A stretch of DNA of 21,851 nt from positions 434,001 through 455,851 of the forward strand of contig NW_005202303.1 in NCBI RefSeq assembly GCF_000372725.1. Direction: 5' to 3'. Shown here in pieces: positions 1 to 8,181 of this stretch; the stretch's first letter is position 1; each line of letters begins with the position of its first letter. Under the pieces are notes generated by a model. That model saw only the letters and a program-made list of their open reading frames with translations, ran no database searches and had not been told where the DNA came from. Source of the DNA: Emiliania huxleyi CCMP1516. Lineage: Eukaryota. The translations under genes were made by a program, and so were the position numbers.

Positions 1-334
1 CTCATTTTTTCTTTTTCACGGTGTACTCGTCTGGAAACCAATTGCACGCCCTCTCCGACACGGCGACCATGACGGGATAGGTAGGGGCAGGGCCCCGCGT
101 TGGTGTCCAGTAAGTCCGAGCTGCCAGGCTGTTCTTCCTTCGCCTTTCTTGAGCACTTGAGCACTGGATGGGGTCGATTCCGCGTGGTACGGGACCCCTC
201 GATCGTCTCGCCCTCCCTCACTGATGTGTTCATTGGGGGGGGTCATAACAAACACGGTACAGGATCGAGGTGCACGCTGCTGGAGCAGTGTCGTCCCCCC
301 TCTCCCCGACGGCCAAGCTGCAGAAACAAGCTTT

Positions 335-358
335 CAGTGCCTACAAGTGTAGGCACTG
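335..358. repeat. Perfect inverted repeat (hairpin) CAGTGCCTACA-ag-TGTAGGCACTG
   Basis: 11-bp arms at 335-345 and 348-358 are exact reverse complements; lies immediately before the 26-bp tandem array. Confidence 0.9.
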
Positions 359-368
359 GATTATCGTG

Positions 369-543
369 CGCGCGGAGCGCGCTGGTGCTACCCGGACACA
401 CGCGCGGAGCGCGCTAGCTGGACACACGCGCGGAGCGCGCTAGCTGGACACACGCGCGGAGCGCGCTAGCTAGACACACGCGCGGAGCGCGCTGGCTAGA
501 TACCGCGCGGAGCGCGCTGGCACCTATGTGCGCGGCAGCGCAC
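369..543. repeat. Tandem minisatellite, ~26-bp unit GACACACGCGCGGAGCGCGCTAGCTG, palindromic core
   Basis: Core CGCGCGGAGCGCGCT at 369, 401, 427, 453, 479, 504; degenerate copy near 529-543; spacing 32/26/26/26/25. Confidence 0.9.
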
Positions 544-1002
544 CGCGGTACCGGTAGAGTCTAGACACATGAAGACAGTCTGTTGCAGTCAGTTGTGGCC
601 ACGCTGCTTCGAAGCTGGCCTGACGTCGTAGCACGCGTCTGGCAGACGCTGTGTCTCTGCCTCGCTCGACCTCAAAACCCGCGAGCTATATGGGTGGTCC
701 TGACGTCGACAGACGCCCGAGGACCACGGTGAAGCTGAGCCGGAACGCGTCGACAGGTCTCGTCTGAGCCCGTGGCGGTCGCCGGCTGAGTCGCTGTGCA
801 CGGAGGACCGGTACCTCAGGCGTCACCTCCGCAGCCTCAGGTCTCACACTCCATCACCTCCGACGGGACGCCGTCGGTGGCACGCTCGGCGGCGAGTTTG
901 TGTCCGCTACATCTCGAGTACGGCGTCGAGCCTACCCACTCCAGTTCAAACACACCATACCACGCAAAAAGTGGAACCCTTTATCGCCGTGCAGCTTTGC
1001 CA

Positions 1003-3284
1003 ATGTGGCGAGGGGGTGGAGGAGGGGGCGGAGGCCCGAGGTCCCGCTCCCCGCCAGACGACCGGCTCTCCAAGCGGCAGCGTCGCGCGCGGAGCCGGAG
1101 CCGCAGCCCGGGCGGCGACGGCGAGGGCGGCGCGTTGCGTCACTTCCAGGAGCACAGCGCAAAGCCGGGCTTCAAGAAGCTGCACCACCCGGAGCGGGTC
1201 GCGGAGGAGCTGCTCGCCTTCCGCGAGGCCGCGCGCCGCAGCCTCCGCCAGCTGGTCGCCGAGCTCAAGCAGGGCTCGCTGCTCGGCCCGAGACTCGCGG
1301 CCGCGCCCTCCAGCGCTCTCGGCGCAAACGGCGAGAAGCGGCGGTCAGAGGCGGAGAACGGGGAGGCGGATGAGTCGGGTGGCGACGGCGAGGCCCTCCC
1401 TGACGCGGCGCCTCCCGCCGCCGAGGACGGCGGCGCGCCGCTCCAGCTCCGCCCCGCCGCGCCGGCCGTCGGCAGCGTCGTGGTGGACGGCTTGACGCCG
1501 GGCTCGCTGACTCCGATGCTGCCGGCGCTGTACTCCGCCCTCGCGGGGGGGGGGGAGGGCGCGGCCGCCGAGGGGAGCGGCCTCACCGCCATCGCCGCGG
1601 CGGAGCCGATCGGAGCCGATCGCGACGGAAGCGGCGAGGGCGCCGGCTCGCTCAAGCTGCGGCTGTGGGCGGGGTACGCGTCGGGAGGCGCGGCGAGGGC
1701 GGCGGCGAGGGCGGCGCAGGAGCTGCCTCAGCTGGCGGAGCTGGCGCCGAGGGCGGCGCTCGTCAAGGCGGTCGAGCGCGTGCCGCCCCTGCTGCGCACC
1801 GCCCTCCCCCCGCAGCGGTCGGCCGCGGCGCTGCTGCCGCCGCTGCGAGAGCTCTGCGCGGCACTCGCGGCTCGGGCGGCGCTTCCGACGGCGGAGGAGG
1901 CGGCGGAGGAGGCGATCGGGCGCGAGGCGGTCGAGGCGCTGCCGTGCGAGTCTCGCCTCCACCTCCTCCTCCTCTACCTTCGCCGCGTCCTCGCCTTTGA
2001 CGTGCGCCGCCAGCAGCGCCGCCGCCAGCAGCGCCCGCGGCAGCCTTCCCTCGCCCGCCTGCGCGCGCGCCCCAGTCCCAACGTGCGCGCACGCCCCGCC
2101 CCGCAGGCCCAGCTGGCGGTGCAGCACGGCTCGCCGGCGGAGCTCATTTCCTCCTCGGGCGAGATCTAGCCGAGATCTCTACCCGAGATATGGCGGGGCT
2201 CGTCTCCTCCTCGGGCGGCCGCCGCCCACCCCCCCCCCGGAGCCTTTGCCGGAGCCTTCCCGGAGCCTTCCTGGAAGCCTCCCCGCAGGCGAGTGGGCCG
2301 CCGCCGCCTTCCCGCGCCCCGAGCGCTCCACGCCCGATGTCGCGAAGGCTGCGCTCGAGCGGTGCGCCGCGCACCAGGCGTACTTGCAGGCACCGCATCC
2401 CCTTCCCCGCTCCCCCGCACCGCTGCCGCCACCGCTCCCCCGTTGCCGGTTGTTTGCCTCAGCTGACTGTCGCCTCTGTGCGCGCCGCAGGCGCTCGGCC
2501 AGCAGGACAAGGAGACTGCTGCGGCGGCGGTCGCGGCGGGCGAGGCCTTCTACTCCGCCAACTGCCTCCAGATCGAGGAGGGGAAGTACCGTTGCCCCCT
2601 TTCCGGAAAGGTTTTCCGAGGGCCAGCCTTTGTGGGGAAGCACTTGGACAACAAGGGGGCGGAAAGTTCCCCCCTCCCCCCCCCCCCCTAGCCTGCCCCC
2701 GCCGCCTCCCCTAGAGATCTCGAGAGGGCGAGCGGCCCCCCGAGGCGTGTTGAGCCCCCCCCCCCCTCCCCCAGCCCCTTCCCCCTTCCCCCTTCCCCTC
2801 CAGGCACGCGTCCAAGCTCGACGCCGAGGTTGCGGCCGCCTTCGAGCCAAAGTTCAAGGCCTACTTCCTTGCCGCTGACGCACGCGTCTCGGCGCTGCGC
2901 GCGCTCGAGCCGCTCCGCGAGCCGCCCTCGCCGCCCTCGCCTCGCGCGCCTCGCTTCGACGAGCGGCGCGGAGGAGGAGGCCGCCTCTCGGACGAGCGCC
3001 GCTCCGGAGGCGACGACCGGCGCGGAGGCGGCGACGACCGGCGCGGAGGCGGCGGAGGAAAGGGCGGAGGCGGAGGCGGTGGCGGCGGCGGGCGCGACCG
3101 GGATTGCTTCAACTGCGGCCAGTCCGGGCACCTTGCCCGGGACTGCCCCAACCCGCGCCCGGGGCGCGGCGTGGGAGGCTCGGCGGCGCCGCGCCCGCCG
3201 CCCGCCGGCGCGCTGGTCAGCAGCCGGCCGATCAAGTCGTACATGGACCTCGACGCTCCAGAGGAGGACGACCTCTTCACGTAG
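1003..3284 (+). CDS. SRRT: SERRATE/ARS2 (arsenite-resistance protein 2) homologue with C2H2 finger and CCHC zinc knuckle
   Basis: Exons 1003-2001, 2107-2158, 2289-2389, 2491-2654, 2804-3284. Translation gives an RS-rich N-terminus, FKKLHHPE, LHLLLLYLRRV, the ARS2 finger FYSANCLQIEEGKYRCPLSGKVFRGPAFVGKHLDNKH, and the C-terminal SYMDLDAPEEDDLF matching the ARS2 cap-binding-complex motif (Y-x-DLDAP). Confidence 0.9.
2136..2217 (+). repeat. 26-bp direct repeat of exon end flanking three CGAGAT-type satellite units
   Basis: GGCGGAGCTCATTTCCTCCTCGGGCG (2136-2161) vs GGCGGGGCTCGTCTCCTCCTCGGGCG (2192-2217), 23/26 identical; spacer AGATCTAGCCGAGATCTCTACCCGAGATAT. Confidence 0.85.
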
Positions 3285-3580
3285 ACCGCCGCATGAGGTG
3301 CCACCGACACGTGAAGTGTCGGCGGGAGAAGGCCAGTCCGCCCGGCGGCACCGCTTCGCGACCGCGCTGCACCGCGGGCACAGCGTCTCGCACGCTCCTA
3401 TCGGCGAGAGGCGCGACCTCTCACAAACAACACCTTTGTCTCTCCGACGTGGAAGAGAGAGAGAGAAACCAAAGTGCAAAGACGAGTTGATAAGATGTTG
3501 CATCTTCCGGTGCGCGGCGCGCGCGGGCCTGGTTCGTGGTCAATTTCAGTTTCAAACTGAGTTTCGAGCGCGCGAATCAT

Positions 3581-3650
3581 GAAAATTCTTGTTTGATTCT
3601 CACACAAACACGGGACTGCGCTGGCGCGCACTGGCACTAAACAACAGGTC
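3581..3650 (-). mobile_element. Inverted copy of the putative retroelement 3' tail
   Basis: Reverse complement reads ACCTGTTGTTTAGTGCCAGTGCGCGCCAGCGCAGTCCCGTG...AAGAATTTTC and aligns with 5362-5420. Confidence 0.7.
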
Positions 3651-3692
3651 CGCCAAAACTTGAATTCTTTTTCTCCTTCTAGCTTCTTGTCT

Positions 3693-3760
3693 CGCTCGGG
3701 GCTGCGGTGGTTTGCCTGCGTTAGCGTGTTGGTGCTAGCACGCGCGCCAGTCCGCGCACA
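3693..3760 (+). mobile_element. Diverged direct copy of the putative retroelement 3' UTR/tail
   Basis: GGCTGCGGTGGTTTGCCTGCGTTAGCG...GCGCGCCAGTCCGCGC aligns with GGCTCCCGTGGTGTACCTGTGTTAGTG...GCGCGCCAGTCCCGTGC at about 5348-5396. Confidence 0.6.
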
Positions 3761-4155
3761 CACCGGTGTCGAGCCTGTCTGCTGAGAGTGCTGTGCCATG
3801 TGAGAGAGAGTTGTTTTCTTGTTAAGGTTCTTCGGGGGCCCCTTTAGGGAGGCAAACCCTGGCCGGCCCCTAGAACCCCAGGTAAGGCCCAGGTGTGGCC
3901 TAGGGCATCAGAAGGGACCAAGAGGAGTCCAGTCTGAGCCATAGAGCCCATGTCTTTGCCCCCGAAGGTCGCGTTCAAATGCCCGGAACGGACGTTACAG
4001 TGGTGTCCGGCCAGCGCGATCACCGAGCTGTGACGCTCAGGGAAGCCGGTTGAGGTACTGGTTTCTTTGCCCAGGCCTGGCCTACGGCCCGTGCTGGATC
4101 AGCTGAGCAAGGTTTGGGGAGAATCTCCCGGACAGATCTTCAGATATTTTGACGG

Positions 4156-5420
4156 ATGACCCAGCGGCGCTTCACGACCGTGGTCCACAACAGGAACTGG
4201 CGCGACCTCGCCGTGGAGCTCGCTGAGGAGGGCTCCGCGGGATCGCGGTCTGCTCCTCGTGGCAAGAGGGGCAAGGCGCGTGCCGAGGGCAGGGAACGGG
4301 CGAGGCACGCGGCCTGGCGGGAGGCGGTCCGCTTCGTGGCGGTGAGCCAGGACGGCGCCGGCGCCTTCCTCAACGCCATCCCCATGCGGGATGACATGCG
4401 AATGGAGACTTGGGCGATGCGTCTTTCGGTGCAGCGCCGCCTGGGTCTCCCCCTCGACGTGGCCTGCCAGGCCGCGGCGGCGGGCAAGAAGACTCGGAAC
4501 AAGAAGACCCACGACGAGTTCGGCGATGCTGCTGTCAACGTGCCGCAGCAGAGCCACAACACCAGACACAAGTGTACTCTTCAGCGCCTCATCCTCGCCC
4601 TACGCGCCGCGTGGGGCACGGCTGTGCGAATGGAGCCGACGAACCACCTCGGTCATAGTTACAACAAACAACCCGACGTGGACGCGTTCAACATTGGCAC
4701 GGGCGGCAGGCGCTTTTCTGGCGATGTCAAGGTTGTCTGCCCTCTCACCAGCAGCGGGGAGCACGGTCGGAAGGGCGCGCTTTTGTCGCTTTCGGCAACA
4801 CCGAGGCGTTCTACCGGAACATGGTCGTGGGGCATGGGCCCTACTGCGAGGAGGGAGAGGGAGGCGAGGGGGAGGGAGAGGGGGGGGGAGGGGAGTGTGA
4901 GGGGTACGGGGGCGAGGGCATGGAGGGGGAGAAGAAGAGCAAGGGCGAGAAGGGGGCAGGGGACGGGTCGATGGCATACTAGGGGGGCAGGGTGGTGGGC
5001 GGCGATCGCCGCATACCGTCCCATGGCGGCGAGTATCGCTACGCCAGGGAGGACAAGGACGTCGACGTGCAGCTGCTGCTGTTCGAGTCGTTCGGTGGGT
5101 TCGGGAAGGGGGTCGGCGCGATCCTCTGGAAGGCGGCGAACGCGCTGCAGAACAAGCTGACGCGGGCCCAGTACCTCGATGAGGTGACTTGGACCACCAA
5201 GAGCTGGCTGGGGCTGCAGAAGCAGCGCATCTCAGTCGTTCTTCACACGGCCATCGCAGAGCAGATTGTGAATGAGCTTGCCTGCGGCGAGGGCGGTCGA
5301 GTGCACGGAGCTAAGTGCCTCGCCGTCCTCGCGGGAGTCGCTTAGGCGGCTCCCGTGGTGTACCTGTGTTAGTGCCAGTGCGCGCCAGTCCCGTGCCTAG
5401 TGTCGTGGACGAAAATTCTT
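4156..5420 (+). mobile_element. 5'-truncated, decayed CRE-like non-LTR retrotransposon (C-terminal RLE endonuclease region plus 3' UTR)
   Basis: Protein motifs GAGAFLNAIP...RRLGLP, DEFGD...RH, E...PD (4672)...DVKV (4723), then LLLFESFGG and QRISVVL. These are typical of the post-RT/RLE region of CRE/R2-superfamily elements. Frameshift near 4780, in-frame TAG at 4980-4982, terminal stop 5343-5345. No RT motifs seen; 5' boundary uncertain (possibly ~3830). Confidence 0.75.
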
Positions 5421-5465
5421 CTTTTCGTTTTCCGGCCCTCGTTGTCCAAAGAGCCCATCGACAGC

Positions 5466-6424
5466 ATGCCTGCCCGTCGGCCCGTGCTCAAAGTCGTAGC
5501 CAGGCGCACATCCGACTCCTGTCCCTTCCTGAACGAGGAGCTCGCATTCGAGCTCTGTCCGGGCGAGGTAGTCTGGCTAAGAGGCGCCTCCGGGGCCGGC
5601 AAGTCGTACACGAGCCTGCACCTCGCCGGGCTCGCGAAGCTTCCCGGCGCAGAGATCCACATGGAGTGGGATCCGAGCGTCGCCGCCGCGCAGCGCATCG
5701 GCTTCCTATTCCAGAAGGGCGTGCTCATCGACTCACTCTCGCTCGCCGCCAACCTCGCGCTCGCAGCGGAGGCCGCCGCCCTGCCTGCAGACTCGGACGC
5801 GATCGCGGCGGCGCTCGAGGCTGTGGGTCTCTCTCCCTCGGCCGACGGGTCAAAGATGCCGGGCGAGCTCAGCGGCGGCATGCTGCGCCGCGCCGCCCTC
5901 GCCCAGATCCTCGCGCAGCGCAAGTGTGCGGACCCTACGGGACAGAGAGCCACTGTGACCGACTTTGAGACGGAGAGGCCTCTCCGCGGCGTGGGCGGTG
6001 GCTTGAGCACGCTGCGGCGCCTCCGCCTCAGGCGCGTCGTGATTCTGGACGAGCCGTTTGTCGGGCTCGACCCTCCCGTGGCGGGGGAGATCACCGCCCT
6101 CCTCAAGCGGGTCGCCGCAGAGCACGGCATCGCTCTCCCGCTCCGCCTCCTCTCGCAGTGCGACATGCCTCTCTTTACGGATGCCGCCGTGAGCAGGCAT
6201 CTCCCTCCTCCTCATCTCGCACATGGCCGAGCGCGCCGCCGCCCTCTCCCCTGCGGCCACCGTCTCCCTCGAGCGAGCCAGGCGCGAGGCGGGGCATAGG
6301 CCGCCTCTGGGAGGGGCGGGCGGAAGGTTCAGGGAAGGCTCCACCGCTGTCTAGGCCCGAGGACGGAGACGCGGCGCGGCAAGACGCAGACCTGTCGGGA
6401 CTGCGCTTCGCCGTGCGCTGCGCT

Positions 6425-6470
<46 letters not shown>

Positions 6471-8069
6471 GCACACATCTCTCCGCTCTCTCGCACACAT
6501 CTCTCCGCTCTCTCGGCGACACTCTGGCGGTGCGGCAGGTTCGCGCCTCGCGCCGGTTCGCCGACTACTTCTTCATCTCCGCGCCGCTTATCGCGATGGC
6601 GTTCGCGGCCACCGGCGCCGCGCTCTCGATGCTCCTCGCCGACATGCTGCAGCGGGTAGACGTGGTCTGTGGCGCCTCCTCCTCGCCTCCGTCTCTCCCG
6701 CGAACCCCCCTCCCGCCGACTCCCCCCCACCTCCCCCGCCTCGCAGGTGCGGATCATCGCTACCTTCCTCACGCGCTACCTCGCGGGCAACCCCGCGCTG
6801 CCCCTCATCCTCCAACTCGTCGACGGAGTCGTCAAGCAGAACGAGGCCGCAGCCAAGCGGAAGCTCTACGCGCTCGCCATCGGCGCAGCCTCGCGAGGCC
6901 TAGGCTCCTTGCGGAGAGCGCGTCTCTTCACAGCCCGCGCTGTGGAGCAGGGTCCGTCTTCACGATCGAGCTCGGCCCGCTGCTCACCGCGCTCCTCCTC
7001 GCAGGCCGGATCGGAGGCTCGTACGCCGGCGAGGCTGGTAGGACGGCCTGCTCCTCCGGCTTGCGCTCGACGCTTCATGGGTGAGTGGTGCGTCGCAGGC
7101 GACGTCGCGATGATGGCCTCCACCTCGCAGGTCGACCTGCTCAAGGTGCTCGGAGTCGGGCCGACTGCGTGGACCTTCCTCCCCGCCCTGCTCGCCGCGG
7201 CACTCCGCACCAGCACACGCACACACCTCGCCACCCGGGCGCGGCTCTTCACGCGCGCCCCAGCCGTGAACAGGCTCTCGCCGCGCCGCTCCTCTCGCTG
7301 CTCGGCACCGCCGTCGCGCTGCTGATGGGGGCGGTGGTCGGCGGAGGCGGAGGGTTCGACATGATATCTCCCGACGAGTACTGGCGCGAGATGCGGCCGC
7401 TGCTGCTCGAGCGACCGGTGGCTGCAGCGCCTGCTCGAGCTCGCTGTGAGCGGCGTCTCTTCACAAACTCGCTGTGAGCAGGAGGGGCAGCACCTGCTCA
7501 AGTTCGCGCCGCTGGTCAACGTGTACCGCTCCCTCGGCTTCATGCTGTGCACGATGGGCATCTCGCAGCTCTGCTCGCGCAGCCGGCGGAGGCTGCAGCC
7601 GCGGCACGTGCCCCTCGTCATCACGTCGGCGGTGGTGCTCTGCCGCCCTGAGCGCCTCCGTCGTCGGCCGCGGAGGGCGTCTCTCTTCACACCTCGTCCT
7701 GTGAGCAGGTGCTGTCGTGCCTCGCCATCCTCTTCCTCGACTGGGGCTTCTCGCAGCTCTTCGTGCGGCTGGACGGCGGCGAGCCGCTCGAGAGAGGCGC
7801 GCCGGCCCGAGGGCTCCGAGAAGGCTCAGGGCGGCTCCTCCTCCCGCGTAGGCGAGCCGCTCGGCGGGGAGGCGGACTTCAGCTTCGACGGCCCGGCGGG
7901 CGAGGGGGGCGGGGCCGGGGAGGGGGGCGAGCTGGCGGGCGGAGGGCAGGCCGATCTCGGCGGGGGAGAGGCTGACCTCCTCGAGCAGGCAGGCGGGGAC
8001 GGGAGGCTGGGCGATGGCGCCGAGGGCGGTGCGGAGGAGGAGTACGACGAGTTTGCAGACGAGCTCTGA
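5466..8069 (+). CDS. Fused ABC transporter: MlaF/TGD3-like ATPase + MlaE/TGD1-like permease
   Basis: Exons 5466-5923, 6032-6126, 6197-6281, 6355-6412, 6539-6664, 6747-6882, 6951-7028, 7099-7199, 7274-7417, 7482-7634, 7709-7778, 7852-8069 give one frame. ATPase motifs: Walker A GASGAGKS, Q-loop GFLFQ, KMPGELSGGM, ILDEPFVGLDP, LISH. MlaE signature ELGPLLTALLLAGRIGGSYAGDVAMMASTSQVDLLKVLGV and ITSAVVLSCLAILFLD. Confidence 0.88.
6426..6466. repeat. (CT)20 microsatellite in intron 6413-6538
   Basis: Direct reading. Confidence 0.95.
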
Positions 8070-8181
8070 CGATGTGAGCGCTGTTGTAATATGAAGTGTA
8101 TTTTCGGTACGGACGACTCGATGAGAAAATGGAAGAGTCTCGCGCAGCAGTCCGCTCTCTTGTGTGGCTACCGAGCCTTGG

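Noticed and set aside
160..200. tRNA or B-box-like GGGTCGATTCC
   Set aside because: No cloverleaf, acceptor stem or A box could be built.
233..250. Possible LTR terminus GGGGGTCATAACA
   Set aside because: No partner LTR, primer-binding site or gag/pol sequence in the window.
369..543. CRISPR-like array of palindromic repeats
   Set aside because: Spacers are about 11 nt and nearly identical, there are no cas genes, and the context is eukaryotic.
796..1002. N-terminal extension of the 796-2169 ORF
   Set aside because: It starts at GTG; the first in-frame ATG is 1003, where ARS2-like RS-rich sequence begins.
5372..5401. Helitron 3' end (CTAG|T)
   Set aside because: No convincing subterminal hairpin, and the other motif copies lack CTAG at this position.
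3581..5420. Mutator-like DNA transposon (10-bp GAAAATTCTT direct repeats plus internal inverted repeats)
   Set aside because: The inverted repeats do not reach the termini, there is no transposase, and the same motif occurs in direct orientation at 3693 and alone at 15451. Independent retroelement tails fit better, but this reading is not fully excluded.
5466..8069. Bacterial mla operon contamination
   Set aside because: The gene is interrupted by 11 spliceosomal-type introns like those of its neighbours.
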